Below are positions 47,672-58,329 of a stretch of DNA of 64,000 nt, piece by piece; position 1 is the stretch's first letter, and each line of letters starts with the position of its first letter. The stretch lies in the IMG/VR virus record IMGVR_UViG_3300025646_005470; one strand, written 5' to 3'. The stretch comes from a virus. The position numbers and the translations under genes were made by a program. The notes under the pieces were generated by a model. It made no database searches and was not told where the DNA came from. It saw nothing but the letters and a program-made list of their open reading frames with translations.

Positions 47672-48823
47672 TTAAATCCTGTAGGTATTATTTCCAGTGC
47701 GAACACCACTTATGCCATCCATGCTCATTTTAAACCTATTTGGCTTACCATCAATTGCTTGTCCTATTTCACTGCAAACATCTGCTGGAGAAATTCTGTT
47801 TTCGCTGGCAATATCTAGAATCTTTATGGTTCTGTCGTATATGGTTTCAATCAATTTAAATGATTCCTCTTCGTCTCTAGATTTAAGAATTACACCTGCT
47901 GATCTAAAAACTCCGCCTGCGTTTGCTAGAGTGTCTGGAACATAGGTAATTTTTTGATCTATCAGCAGTTGTTTTGCATGTTGTGGATCCACAGCATCCA
48001 ATTGATTGTTGGCCGCACCACAGATAATTTTACAATTCATTTCAGGAATAGTTGACGTTTTAATGTCATTACCTAAAGCACATGGAGAATATATATCAAC
48101 CTGCTGTTTATGAATTTCGTCAGTGCTCATTGGTTCAATCATAAAAGGATATTTTTCGTGGTAATCTTTAAGGTTTGATAACTTTGCAGAGTCAACATCT
48201 GCAACAAATACTTTTGCACCATCTTCAAGCAAATAGTTTATCAACTGAAATCCAACTTTGCCAACTCCTTTTACTGCAACAGATAATCCTTCAAATGAAT
48301 CTTTTTCAAACTTATATTTGACTGCACCTCGCATGGCATTGTAAACTCCATAGGCAGTACAAGCACCACCAATATCAGGATGTGAATATGTGGTTGTATA
48401 GTCTGTGTATCTTCTTAGTTTTTCAAGCATGTTAAAATCAAAGCCAGCATCTAGGCCGCCATAATAGTCACCTTTGAGATAGTTTATAAGTTCGCCTAGA
48501 TAAGGATAAATTCTTTTTTCTTCTACACCGCAGGCACCAATATCTTTATAGTAGGTTTTTTGAATTACTGTTTTTCCGCCACTTAATTTTATTCCTGCTA
48601 CCATACACTTTTCTGTCATTGCACGAGAAAGACTCAAAACATCAAGCATTGGGATACAATTGTCTTTGTATTTCCAATAACGAATACCGCCAAATGCAGG
48701 TCCATTTTTTAATGTGTGAATTGCTATGTAGGCACTGAAGTTACTTGCTTCATGATACCCGTGAACTACTCTTTCAAAACCTTGTGTTTTGATTTCCTTA
48801 ATCTCCATTGGAAGGATTGGCAT
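47672..48823 (-). CDS. Glu/Leu/Phe/Val dehydrogenase (Leu/Phe/Val type)
   Basis: GPAFGGIR, GGKTVI, GVGKVG, PCALG, GAANNQL, NAGG. Confidence 0.9.
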   Translation of the reverse strand: MPILPMEIKEIKTQGFERVVHGYHEASNFSAYIAIHTLKNGPAFGGIRYWKYKDNCIPMLDVLSLSRAMTEKCMVAGIKLSGGKTVIQKTYYKDIGACGVEEKRIYPYLGELINYLKGDYYGGLDAGFDFNMLEKLRRYTDYTTTYSHPDIGGACTAYGVYNAMRGAVKYKFEKDSFEGLSVAVKGVGKVGFQLINYLLEDGAKVFVADVDSAKLSNLKDYHEKYPFMIEPMSTDEIHKQQVDIYSPCALGNDIKTSTIPEMNCKIICGAANNQLDAVDPQHAKQLLIDQKITYVPDTLANAGGVFRSAGVILKSRDEEESFKLIETIYDRTIKILDIASENRISPADVCSEIGQAIDGKPNRFKMSMDGISGVRTGNNTYRI

Positions 48824-48825
48824 TT

Positions 48826-49614
48826 TTAATTCCTTAACAAGACTTTATCAAAGGTGCCACTGTTGCCTGTATCTGGATCATATGCTATTCTAATCCATTT
48901 TGCTTGAGTAGTAAAGTTATACGACTCTATTGCAGTTGCATTTGTAACTGTAACTGATGTGTTACCGTTATCAAGTGTTACATCAAACCAATCTGCATCA
49001 TTTGTACTTGCTGTTGCATTCATACAACCTTGCACTTTGTATACTCCATCAAAAGAGGAAGTATAGGTTGCAATCGTATGTTTGGCGGTAACTAAATTTC
49101 TTTCACTTGCTCCTGATACTGCATTTGAGTTATACCATTGTGCATTATCGTATATAAATGTTGACATTTCTTGAGTTGCTTTTGAACTTGCAACAACTCC
49201 TTCAACCACTTCTAAAGTGCCTTTTGCCGCTTCATTGAGGTCTGTATACACCACTTGTTGCTCTGAACTAGTGTTTGTAGTGTATAAAGAATAGTTGTAA
49301 AATCCTCCAGAAACATTGTCTAGATCTGATGCTGGTAAATTGATCTGAGCAAGGCCTTGCACAGCATTTGATACTGTTAATGGTCTTGCAAGAATTAATT
49401 CACTGGTTGTTACATCTAATACATTAAAAGTCACAGTTAAATTGGTTAAATCTACTGCTTTTCTATCATTGTCTTTTAACGCAAACTTAACAGTGTTATC
49501 AATACCTTGATACAATTTTATAGTTTTATCATACATTGTTGTACTACCTTGACTTGCACTTGTATTTACTATCACTGTATGAGTATCGTCATATACATAT
49601 AGCGTTACTGTCAT
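48826..49614 (-). CDS. Virion protein, BppU-like baseplate upper domain
   Basis: IKLYQGIDNTVKF..KDNDRKAVDL, GFYNYSL. Confidence 0.55.
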   Translation of the reverse strand: MTVTLYVYDDTHTVIVNTSASQGSTTMYDKTIKLYQGIDNTVKFALKDNDRKAVDLTNLTVTFNVLDVTTSELILARPLTVSNAVQGLAQINLPASDLDNVSGGFYNYSLYTTNTSSEQQVVYTDLNEAAKGTLEVVEGVVASSKATQEMSTFIYDNAQWYNSNAVSGASERNLVTAKHTIATYTSSFDGVYKVQGCMNATASTNDADWFDVTLDNGNTSVTVTNATAIESYNFTTQAKWIRIAYDPDTGNSGTFDKVLLRN

Positions 49615-49696
49615 ACTATGGTTTCCTTAAACTTCATATATATTTATGTTGCTAAATAGAAGTACTGAAAGTATAATATAAAGAAATTATAAACAC

Positions 49697-50071
49697 ATGG
49701 ATTATAACGAACTAGCAGAGAAATTTCCTTTTTTATCATGCGTAAAGCATGGATTAAACGAATACGTAGGTATTGTACAAAATCAAGATGACTTTGTTAC
49801 CAGCATTTATGTATATGATGAAATTCCCACTGAATTATTACGCGGTGAATTCTTACGTCTAGGTGATGTATGGTGGTGGGAGTCAAATAGAATCATTCCT
49901 ATCAACATATTTTTAGCCGGTGATTTTAATGTATTTCAAAACTATCTCAAAACATTTACTACCAAAGATACAAAGATGGTGTTTGGCCCAACTACTAGTT
50001 TAAACAATATCGTAAAGAAAAGAATAAAAAGGCGTCAAATACAATTGGTTAAAAAAACTACCGATCGATAG
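49697..50071 (+). CDS. Hypothetical protein (divergent, plus strand)
   Basis: Own promoter TTGCTA-17-TATAAT at 49649..49677; EYVGIVQN, WWWESNR.IPINIFL. Confidence 0.7.
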   Translation: MDYNELAEKFPFLSCVKHGLNEYVGIVQNQDDFVTSIYVYDEIPTELLRGEFLRLGDVWWWESNRIIPINIFLAGDFNVFQNYLKTFTTKDTKMVFGPTTSLNNIVKKRIKRRQIQLVKKTTDR

Positions 50072-50624
50072 ACATTTTGTATTTTATGTCCTGATAAAAT
50101 GCTTCAATTAACATATCAACAGCACTTTGTTCATCTATTCCCCTACTTCTAAGATAGAATATTTGATCTTTATCAATTGGCCCTGTCGTACTACCGTGTG
50201 TACAAACCGTATCATCATTGTTTATATCTAACTCTGGTTTTGAGAATGCTGTCGAGTCCGTGTCTAATAAAAGATTTTTATTAAGCATGTTGCTTTCACA
50301 ACCTGTTATGTTTTTAGGTATGGTTATTTTTCCTTGGAATGAACTATTGGATTGTTTATTGATAAATCTAAAATCTTGATCGCATTTAGACTTTTTGCCA
50401 TTGTGTGTTACTGTTGTTACTACGTTTGCATTTTTACCATTGCTCTTAAAAAAGCCATACATTTCACAGGTAGCATTTTCATGTAAATTTACATTAATGT
50501 TTAGGTCAAATCCTTCGTGGTCACAAAAAAATAATCTAGCAGATGCATTAGATTTTATGTCATAATTTAATACTGCATTGTCTTTCAAATTCACAGTTTC
50601 TTTATAATGGTCGGTTACTTCCAT
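50058..50624 (-). CDS. sufD: SufD-like protein (C-terminal half only)
   Basis: KPELDINNDDTVCTHGST.G..DKDQIFYLRSRGI. Confidence 0.8.
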   Translation of the reverse strand: MEVTDHYKETVNLKDNAVLNYDIKSNASARLFFCDHEGFDLNINVNLHENATCEMYGFFKSNGKNANVVTTVTHNGKKSKCDQDFRFINKQSNSSFQGKITIPKNITGCESNMLNKNLLLDTDSTAFSKPELDINNDDTVCTHGSTTGPIDKDQIFYLRSRGIDEQSAVDMLIEAFYQDIKYKMSIDR

Positions 50625-52072
50625 TATCCCACTGACCCTTCCATACTGACTTCTAAAAGTTTATTTGCCTCTACTGCAAACTCCATAGGAAGTTGTTGAA
50701 AAACTTGTTTGCAGAAACCAGATATCAACATATTGGTTGCATCTTCTTCTCCAAGTCCTCGCTGTCTCAAATAAAATAACTGATCATCGTTTATTTTAGA
50801 TGTTGTTGCTTCATGATTGCAGTAACTATTTTTATTTTCATTTTTTATGTAAGGAATAGTTATTGCAGAACATTTGCTACCCATCATCAATGAATCACAA
50901 GCAGTAAAATTTTTAGAATTAGTTGCTGACTTCATTACTTTTACTAATCCCCTATAAGTGTTGGTTGAATTTCCAGCACTAATACCTTTTGAAATGATCG
51001 TGCTTTTTGTATTTTTACCAATGTGTATCATTTTCGTTCCCGTGTCTGCCATTTGGTGACCATTTGTTAGTGCCACACTGTAAAACTCTCCTACACTATT
51101 ATCACCCTTTAAAACACAACTAGGATATTTCCAAGTTAATCTCGATCCTGTTTCAAATTGTGTCCAAGTAATCTTCGAGTTTGCACCTTTGCACAATCCC
51201 CTTTTGGTAACAAAATTATAAATACCACCTTTGCCTGTCACTGGGTCTCCAGGATACCAATTTTGTATTGTTGAATATTTTATTTCAGCATCTTTTAGTG
51301 CTACTAGTTCTACATTGGCCGCATGTAATTGATTTTCATCTCTCATAGGAGCAGTGCATCCTTCTAGATAACTAACGTAACTTCCTTCGTCAGCAACAAT
51401 CAAAGTTCTCTCAAACTGTCCCGTATTGGCTGTGTTTATCCTAAAGTATGTCGACAGCTCTAACGGACATCTTGTGTTCTTTGGAATGTAAACAAATGTA
51501 CCGTCCGAGAACACCGCTGAATTCAATGTGGCGAAATAGTTATCTGATTTTGGAATGACTGTACCAAGATATTTCTTAACAAGTTCAGGATGATTATGCA
51601 CTGCTTCTGAAAAAGAGCAAAATATAATTCCTTTATCTGCCAATTCTTTTTGGTATGTTGTTGCTACTGACACACTGTCAAAAACCGCATCGACGGCCAC
51701 ACCTGCTAGTTTGGCTCTTTCTCCTAGTGGTATGCCCAATTTCTCAAAGTCTTTTTTGATCGCTGGATCAACTTCATCATAACTCGCCGGGCCTTTTTTA
51801 GGTGCTGAATAATAACTGATTGATTGATAATCTATTGGTTCAATATCTAGTGTTGACCAATCTGGTTGTTTCATTGATTCCCAGATTCTGTATGCGTTGA
51901 GTCTAAAATCCAACAACCACTTTGGTTCTTTTTTGATCGCTGATAATTTGGTTATAACGTCTTCATTAATTCCTGGTGGAAATGTTTCGCTTTCAACATC
52001 AGTAACAAATCCTGCACTGTATTCTTTGGCGAGGGTGTTTTCAATTTTTTTTCTATCTTTGATTTCTGGCAT
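50624..52072 (-). CDS. sufB: Fe-S cluster assembly protein SufB
   Basis: [48 protein letters not shown]. Confidence 0.97.
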   Translation of the reverse strand: MPEIKDRKKIENTLAKEYSAGFVTDVESETFPPGINEDVITKLSAIKKEPKWLLDFRLNAYRIWESMKQPDWSTLDIEPIDYQSISYYSAPKKGPASYDEVDPAIKKDFEKLGIPLGERAKLAGVAVDAVFDSVSVATTYQKELADKGIIFCSFSEAVHNHPELVKKYLGTVIPKSDNYFATLNSAVFSDGTFVYIPKNTRCPLELSTYFRINTANTGQFERTLIVADEGSYVSYLEGCTAPMRDENQLHAANVELVALKDAEIKYSTIQNWYPGDPVTGKGGIYNFVTKRGLCKGANSKITWTQFETGSRLTWKYPSCVLKGDNSVGEFYSVALTNGHQMADTGTKMIHIGKNTKSTIISKGISAGNSTNTYRGLVKVMKSATNSKNFTACDSLMMGSKCSAITIPYIKNENKNSYCNHEATTSKINDDQLFYLRQRGLGEEDATNMLISGFCKQVFQQLPMEFAVEANKLLEVSMEGSVG

Positions 52073-52080
52073 AACATTAT

Positions 52081-52668
52081 TTACTCTGATTTGGCCTGCT
52101 CAGTAAATAAATTCAATTGTACAACAATCGCTAGTGCATATCCAATAGCATGACTTTTCTTAAAATAATAGGAATCATCTGTTGGTTTTTTCCAAACATT
52201 TTCTTTTATATCACTCCAGTTTTGTTTGAGTAAATGCCTTTTTGCTGGACGTATTATTGCCAAAACTGCCGCTAGTTCTTCAACTGATTTTGGCTTCAGT
52301 TTATTAACAATATCAAAATGATTGTGTATATGAAACAGTTGCTCAACTATTTCTTTGTGTTCTAACAAACTCCAATTAGGTTCTTGATTAATTAATTCTT
52401 GTAGATGTTTTTCATTTTTAACCCCATCATACACACCAACATTAAGTATATCTAATTTAAAATATCCTCTATCTTCTGCTTCTTTGTAATCTATATTTGC
52501 AGAATTAGTAAACGGATGTGTAGGTATATCTGTAAAATAAACACCAGTGTTGTGTTTTTTGATTTCACCATCTTTTATAATACTAGCAGGTACGTGTTTT
52601 AGTTTTTCTAATAGCACATCTCTGTCTTTTACATCAATATCAATATCTGTTTTTGCTATGTTTATCAT
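52081..52668 (-). CDS. Miniature DNA polymerase III alpha (DnaE)-like protein
   Basis: [35 protein letters not shown]. Confidence 0.75.
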   Translation of the reverse strand: MINIAKTDIDIDVKDRDVLLEKLKHVPASIIKDGEIKKHNTGVYFTDIPTHPFTNSANIDYKEAEDRGYFKLDILNVGVYDGVKNEKHLQELINQEPNWSLLEHKEIVEQLFHIHNHFDIVNKLKPKSVEELAAVLAIIRPAKRHLLKQNWSDIKENVWKKPTDDSYYFKKSHAIGYALAIVVQLNLFTEQAKSE

Positions 52669-53195
52669 TGATTATGTTTTGGATCTTTTTGTTGTTTAAT
52701 TTTTTCTTTAGACCATTCTTCAATTGCTTCATATTCTGATAATGGTGTTGACAGTGTATTTTCTTCTATGTGCTTTATTTGTTCTTCAGTTAATCCTGCA
52801 TTTGCATATTCTTCTTCTTCAGTCATTGGAAAATTTATTTCCATTTGATCATCTTTATCATCATTATATACATCCCATGTCGTTGACATAGCCGTTGCAC
52901 CATTGTCAAGACTTAAACTTACACCGCCGCCTATAACACCATAGTCAACTCCAAAGTCATCAGGTTCTAAACCAACACCCCAAGATGACTGTTGTAATTT
53001 TGATAGTTTTCTATTAACATCACTCATACCACTTTTCCAATCATCAAGTTTTTTACGTTGTCGTAATACTTCATCTTTGTGTACTAGATGTACTAGTGTT
53101 TTTAATTCTTCCCATTTTTCTTTTACAGTTTCATTGTCACTTGAATCTGCAACTTTGGCTACTATTTCTGGAATACCCTCATTTATTTTTATCAT
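52665..53195 (-). CDS. Acidic hypothetical protein
   Basis: 176 aa ORF. Confidence 0.5.
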   Translation of the reverse strand: MIKINEGIPEIVAKVADSSDNETVKEKWEELKTLVHLVHKDEVLRQRKKLDDWKSGMSDVNRKLSKLQQSSWGVGLEPDDFGVDYGVIGGGVSLSLDNGATAMSTTWDVYNDDKDDQMEINFPMTEEEEYANAGLTEEQIKHIEENTLSTPLSEYEAIEEWSKEKIKQQKDPKHNQ

Positions 53196-53866
53196 AGTCC
53201 TGCCTTTTCTAGCACCTGTTCAACAAACTTTACATCCTGTTGTGCCATTTGGAATTTTGCTGTCCAGTAATCAGGATCAATATAATCATGTACCAGTCCA
53301 ACCTGTTCATTGTTTAGTTTTTCTAATAGTTTAACACCACTTTCACAATTATACAAGATCCAAGGTGATAGTTTTCCTGACCTAATAAAGTGTACTGCTC
53401 TATTTGGTGTTAGAGTTTCTAAGCAATCATTAAAATTGCAATTGTTATCTATACCCCAACGTTTCATTATAATAATTGCACGTTCTACTGCCTTTTGTGC
53501 AGTTTCTTTTTTTAAATGTTCTTTGATGTATTTTTCATATACAGAATCAAAGTGCCATCTATCAATTTTAATCATATTCTTTAACAAATAATCTATATAG
53601 TTACTAGGATCATCAACGTGAACATCATACAAGTATCTGCCAAATTTTGTAAATGCTGTGTAGTATTTGCTTTTTGCAAAATCGTCATAAGTTCTTTCAC
53701 GTGATGTTTGTGTCATAGTTTGTTTGTAAAAATATTGATATGCTCTAAATGCCAACTGAACAAAACGTTCATCTTTTTGTTGATAACGTCTTTTTGGTTC
53801 ACATAAATGAACTGCTAGTGTTGATTCTTTTGTAAATTTTGCTTTACAGTATTTGCATTCAAACAT
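53192..53866 (-). CDS. Hypothetical protein with N-terminal Zn-finger-like motif
   Basis: CKYC-x12-HLC. Confidence 0.6.
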   Translation of the reverse strand: MFECKYCKAKFTKESTLAVHLCEPKRRYQQKDERFVQLAFRAYQYFYKQTMTQTSRERTYDDFAKSKYYTAFTKFGRYLYDVHVDDPSNYIDYLLKNMIKIDRWHFDSVYEKYIKEHLKKETAQKAVERAIIIMKRWGIDNNCNFNDCLETLTPNRAVHFIRSGKLSPWILYNCESGVKLLEKLNNEQVGLVHDYIDPDYWTAKFQMAQQDVKFVEQVLEKAGL

Positions 53867-54348
53867 TAATCGTTTATCTCTTTTATTTCTTTATCTGTCC
53901 AGCCTTGCTGACGTGCTAGTTTTTTAAAACTATCTATGTTATTAATTGTTTTTAGTGCTTCTAGCTCATCTGTTTTTGCATGTGGAAAACACTCTGCTAG
54001 TAGTTTATCTAAACCAGTTTTTTTGCCTTTGCCTTTGGGTGCTTTTACCCAAGGATGAAACATTTTCTTTTTGATGCCTGCTAGTGATAGCAACTTCCAA
54101 AACAATTCAGAATCACCTTCATGCTTTTGTGTTGTGCTAAAATGTTTGTTAGCAAAATCATTTACAGATAAAATATAGTGTTCTTTAAATGCTTTTTGTC
54201 CTTGCACATTACTAGTAAATCTCATTGCTGTGTATGGCGAAAATGTTTTCTTTTCTTCTTCATCAAGTGTGTTATACCATCTTGAATTTGCCATATCAAT
54301 GTTATACAACATTTGATTTAGATTTATTTTTTTAGTAGTTATAGCCAC
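53866..54348 (-). CDS. Hypothetical protein (possibly clamp-loader small-subunit-like)
   Basis: GTG start overlapping upstream TAG; FSPYTAMRF, FHPWV. Confidence 0.5.
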   Translation of the reverse strand: MAITTKKINLNQMLYNIDMANSRWYNTLDEEEKKTFSPYTAMRFTSNVQGQKAFKEHYILSVNDFANKHFSTTQKHEGDSELFWKLLSLAGIKKKMFHPWVKAPKGKGKKTGLDKLLAECFPHAKTDELEALKTINNIDSFKKLARQQGWTDKEIKEIND

Positions 54349-54515
54349 TATACAATTTCCTCAACTATTCCTAATACTTCTGCTAGTATTAAAAGTACTC
54401 CGCACATAAAAACGTCACCAAGCAATAGCCAAACTCCAGCACCAATTCTTAAACCACTTTTAAACATTGATACCCAAAAATGTCCTTTACCTGGATCTTT
54501 ACTTGCTATCTTCAT
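54348..54515 (-). CDS. Small membrane protein (55 aa; not in track)
   Basis: MKIASKDPGKGHFWVSMFKSGLRIGAGVWLLLGDVFMCGVLLILAEVLGIVEEIV. Confidence 0.65.
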   Translation of the reverse strand: MKIASKDPGKGHFWVSMFKSGLRIGAGVWLLLGDVFMCGVLLILAEVLGIVEEIV

Positions 54516-55012
54516 ATTAAATCTCCTACTTGCATTACATCAGGAATTTGATTTAGTTCTTTTGCAAAATAAACGCACTGTGGCTTTTCACCCACAGTTA
54601 ATGGCATAGTTAAAATATGACCATTTTTTAATTTTGGAAAAAACCATTTTACTTCCTGAAACACATTTACTATTTTAATTTCTTTAAAGTCGTGTGTATA
54701 GCCTGAAAATGGATTATACACAAATGCTTCAAAACCTCTATCATTTAGACTTGTTAGTGGAACCATTTCGCACTGTCCCATTTCTTTTTCACCAATCATT
54801 ATACTCCAATCCATGGGCATTTCTAGTGTTTGTCCGCCAATATCAAGTATCACTGCTGGCGCATTAAACGACTCTAAAAATATAAGAGGTATATAAAAAT
54901 AATCTAATGATTTTGAATTTGAACAATCTAACACACAGTATTGCAAATCATCCACTTCATTTGGTACTGCATTTAGATTATATGTGTTGTTGTCAACTGT
55001 TAGTATGTTCAT
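54512..55012 (-). CDS. Hypothetical protein coupled to UvsW
   Basis: ATGA overlap with helicase. Confidence 0.6.
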   Translation of the reverse strand: MNILTVDNNTYNLNAVPNEVDDLQYCVLDCSNSKSLDYFYIPLIFLESFNAPAVILDIGGQTLEMPMDWSIMIGEKEMGQCEMVPLTSLNDRGFEAFVYNPFSGYTHDFKEIKIVNVFQEVKWFFPKLKNGHILTMPLTVGEKPQCVYFAKELNQIPDVMQVGDLI

Positions 55013-56466
55013 TCTATGTTTACTTTCTCTACTGTAAAAGGATAATTTGCTTCATTGTAAAACTTTTTTCTAGTTGTTAAATGTCGTTTAGAAAATTTAC
55101 AAGCACTTGTAATATCCCATATTTCTACGTGATCTTTATCTTCTGCTTTTCTTATACCTCTTCCAATTGACTGTATAACTCTTACAAAAGATTTACCTGG
55201 TTCTATCAATACCAAATTAAATATTCTTGGCAAATTAATCCCCACCGCCGCTACACCATATGTAGCAATAATGACTTTGTGCTGTTCTGTAGCAACTTCA
55301 TCATATTCTTCTTCTCTATCTTCTAGTTTGGTTCTACCTTGAATAAACACAGAATCAACAATGATACTTTCAAGTAATTCTCCTGTTTTAATTCTATCAA
55401 CTAGAATAAGAGTATTTCCTTCTGCTCTCATTGTATCAACCAAATCAGCAATAAAATTTAATCTTGTTTCATTGGTTACTAAAAATGTTTGTTCACTAGC
55501 ATAGTTTGAAAACGCATTTGTTTCTTGTGTTTGTACAACGTTCACATGACAATTTGCAAGTACACCTTTTCCTTGTAGTTCACTTGCTGACAATGTATTA
55601 ATAACTTCTCCTAGACTTGCTTGTAATGAAACACGTTCATAATCTTCTTTTGGTATTGTTCCTGTTAGTCCCCAACGTATAGGTACTCCAGCAAATGGGC
55701 CTGTTAATAGTGTTTTAAGCACGTCTGCTTTGGCTTGATGCACTTCATCTACCATAACACATACTACATCATGTAAAAAGTCACCTATGTCAACTTCCGC
55801 TTCAAACTTTTTGGTTTTCTTTAGCATATTATTTAAACTTTGCCATGTACAAATTGTGTGTTGCTTGTTAAATTCTTTACGTTCGCCATAGTATACACCA
55901 ACATCTAGTCCAAGTGTTTTGTAATCACCTTCTGTTTGTGTAACAAGTGATTTGTTAGGTACAATTACAATTGACCTTCCGTAGGGTTGTACCAGTTGTG
56001 AAAGTGTTGCAGTAATAATTGTTTTACCAGCACCTGTGGCAATTTCTTGTAAGCATTGTGGGTTTTCTAAAAATTTGTTTATAGTTTCTACTTGATAATC
56101 TCTAAGAACAATTGGTTGTCCTGCTTGTGGATGTTTTGGTCCCCATGTTTTTTCAAAATGCAAACTTTCATCTATTTGTGGAAAGTTAAACTCATGCTGT
56201 TGTCTAAGATCTTCTATTTCAATTTCATAATCTTGTTCTTCAATAATTGGCAGTATTCTGTCTAATAGATTTAGATATGTTCTTCCGCCTATATCACAAA
56301 ATCTAATATTACCATCCCATCTACCCAATTTATAAGCAGGAAGATGAAATGCATATGGTAAAAAGAATTTGAGTTTATCTGAAATTTTACGTCTTGTGAT
56401 TACATCAAGCCCTTCAAACTTCACATTAACTTCATCTCTAATAATTAGTTTCGCAATCTTTGACAT
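55009..56466 (-). CDS. uvsW: UvsW-like SF2 DNA helicase
   Basis: LRDYQ, IATGAGKT, VDEVHQ, GLTGT, QSIGRGIR. Confidence 0.92.
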   Translation of the reverse strand: MSKIAKLIIRDEVNVKFEGLDVITRRKISDKLKFFLPYAFHLPAYKLGRWDGNIRFCDIGGRTYLNLLDRILPIIEEQDYEIEIEDLRQQHEFNFPQIDESLHFEKTWGPKHPQAGQPIVLRDYQVETINKFLENPQCLQEIATGAGKTIITATLSQLVQPYGRSIVIVPNKSLVTQTEGDYKTLGLDVGVYYGERKEFNKQHTICTWQSLNNMLKKTKKFEAEVDIGDFLHDVVCVMVDEVHQAKADVLKTLLTGPFAGVPIRWGLTGTIPKEDYERVSLQASLGEVINTLSASELQGKGVLANCHVNVVQTQETNAFSNYASEQTFLVTNETRLNFIADLVDTMRAEGNTLILVDRIKTGELLESIIVDSVFIQGRTKLEDREEEYDEVATEQHKVIIATYGVAAVGINLPRIFNLVLIEPGKSFVRVIQSIGRGIRKAEDKDHVEIWDITSACKFSKRHLTTRKKFYNEANYPFTVEKVNIE

Positions 56467-56505
56467 AACACTATAATAACTTATTTAGAATAAAAATGCA
56501 AGAAA

Positions 56506-57150
56506 TTACTTGTTCTTATAGATAATTTGGCCTCTTATATCAACTGGCAAATCTTGATAGTAACCTTCTTTGTGAATTAACAAAATAATTTCACCTAATC
56601 GTTGTGTGTATATTTCTCCTAACTCACTCCAAGCAACTAAAAAACGAGCCAACGTTGTTGCATTGGTATATCCATACATTTGGATTTCCCATTTTCTAGC
56701 ATATCTAAATTCTTCATAGGCAGGATGATTGTTTAATATTTGAATATAATCTTTTATACAAGCACACATAGTAGGATACTTTTTTACTCCCCATGGAGCA
56801 TTAGGTTTTTTCCTTGCTTTCATATGCGGAACTGTATCTAAACTCCAAGTTCTAATTCCAAAGTAATTATTACCTTCACGTGCAAATCTAGATTGTCCCC
56901 ATGCACTTTCATAGGCCGCCATGGCCACAATTAGATCAAATGGTACTTGTCTTGCAATTGGATATTTTTTATAATCAGCATAAAGTTTTTCAACACAATA
57001 AAAAATTTGTTTTACAAACTGTTCATTACTTTCAATTGGTGTGTTAAAAAAATCTGCTTGATCGTTATTTGTAACTGACTTAGAATAAGCCATTACCATA
57101 CTAAAAGAAATAATTGCTGTTACTAAAAGTAACTTTAAACGTTTCATCAT
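56506..57150 (-). CDS. GH73 glucosaminidase-domain protein with signal/TM (Bax-like)
   Basis: AMAAYESAWGQSRFA..GNNYFGI. Confidence 0.8.
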   Translation of the reverse strand: MMKRLKLLLVTAIISFSMVMAYSKSVTNNDQADFFNTPIESNEQFVKQIFYCVEKLYADYKKYPIARQVPFDLIVAMAAYESAWGQSRFAREGNNYFGIRTWSLDTVPHMKARKKPNAPWGVKKYPTMCACIKDYIQILNNHPAYEEFRYARKWEIQMYGYTNATTLARFLVAWSELGEIYTQRLGEIILLIHKEGYYQDLPVDIRGQIIYKNK

Positions 57151-57174
57151 AATATAATAACATATTTACCTGTT

Positions 57175-57417
57175 TTGTCAATGAATATTTTGCTAAATAA
57201 TAGTATGAAAATCAACGAAATACTAGACGAATGGAAGGGCAAAGTACCAACTTCTGTGTGTAGAAGTGATAGAAAATTAGGTGCTTCAGATGAGTCTAGT
57301 TGTAGATCACAGGGTTTACGTTCTAGAGATAGTGGTAAAAAATACAAAGGCAAAACCCTAAGAGGAAAAAAAGTTCGTGGCCAAAAATATGGCGGTCCTC
57401 TTAAAGATTATTCTTAG
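57175..57417 (+). CDS. Small basic protein, likely late/internal head protein
   Basis: CTAAATA just upstream of MKINEILDEW; Lys/Arg/Gly-rich. Confidence 0.6.
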   Translation: MSMNILLNNSMKINEILDEWKGKVPTSVCRSDRKLGASDESSCRSQGLRSRDSGKKYKGKTLRGKKVRGQKYGGPLKDYS

Positions 57418-57637
57418 ACTTTTTTAACTTATATAACTCTTCGTTAAGTTCTTTTACTCTTTTGTATAAAGAATATTTTTCCTTAACTTCATCTGCTACA
57501 GTCTTTTTTAATTGCTGAATTTGATCATCTTTTGCAAGTAATGATCTACGCATTTGCTCCATAGGATCAAGTTCGTGATTTTTAAAACCGTATTGTTTTG
57601 TTTTATCTTGAGTTTTTGCTGTATAGTTCCGCGTCAT
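57401..57637 (-). CDS. Coiled-coil hypothetical protein
   Basis: 78 aa ORF. Confidence 0.5.
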   Translation of the reverse strand: MTRNYTAKTQDKTKQYGFKNHELDPMEQMRRSLLAKDDQIQQLKKTVADEVKEKYSLYKRVKELNEELYKLKKSKNNL

Positions 57638-58079
57638 CTAATCCTGCTACTCTTAATTTAACAATGTTGTTGATTTGAAATTGCTTGGCATCAATTGCTT
57701 TTAACAAGCCAAGATACTTGTTACGTACAAGAGCAAATTCATTTATAAGTTGGCTCATAGTAACAACTTCGTCTTCACCATCAATATACTTTTCAGCATC
57801 TCTTGATGTTAAAGCTCTTTGGTATGCTTCTAAAAACTTTTTATAATGCTTTGCTCTTGTTCTACGTAATTCTATATTAAGATGCTCTAGTATGGCTTCA
57901 ATTTCTTGTAATTGATTAAACCTATGTTCAACTACACCAGGTATTTGTGAAGCATTACGTTCAATATTACCTACTAGTCCTGCTTCTACTCTGGCTTCTT
58001 CTAGTTCCTTTAGATAATGATCAATACAATCAGGCAACTTGCCTAGATCTTTTGAAACCAAACCATACCAGTTAATCAT
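57603..58079 (-). CDS. UvsY-like recombination mediator
   Basis: Y..ALTSRDAEKYIDGEDE, helical; next to UvsX. Confidence 0.6.
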   Translation of the reverse strand: MINWYGLVSKDLGKLPDCIDHYLKELEEARVEAGLVGNIERNASQIPGVVEHRFNQLQEIEAILEHLNIELRRTRAKHYKKFLEAYQRALTSRDAEKYIDGEDEVVTMSQLINEFALVRNKYLGLLKAIDAKQFQINNIVKLRVAGLDDAELYSKNSR

Positions 58080-58327
58080 TAATAATCCTCATTATCATCA
58101 TAAGAATCATCATCATCTTCATCTTCTTCTATTTCCCCATAAACTTCATTGTATGCTTGATGTAGATGACTTGAGTGTGAAAATACTTCACGCCAATCTG
58201 AATCATCTGCACCATAATCATCAATCAAAGCCACATAGGCAATAGCCGCATCCAATCTATCTTTTGCTGGTACATAGTTTTTCAACTTATCCCATGCTTC
58301 AATTAACACTTGAATGTCTTCTGTCAT
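58079..58327 (-). CDS. Small acidic hypothetical protein
   Basis: 82 aa, D/E-rich tail. Confidence 0.6.
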   Translation of the reverse strand: MTEDIQVLIEAWDKLKNYVPAKDRLDAAIAYVALIDDYGADDSDWREVFSHSSHLHQAYNEVYGEIEEDEDDDDSYDDNEDY

Positions 58328-58329
58328 TT

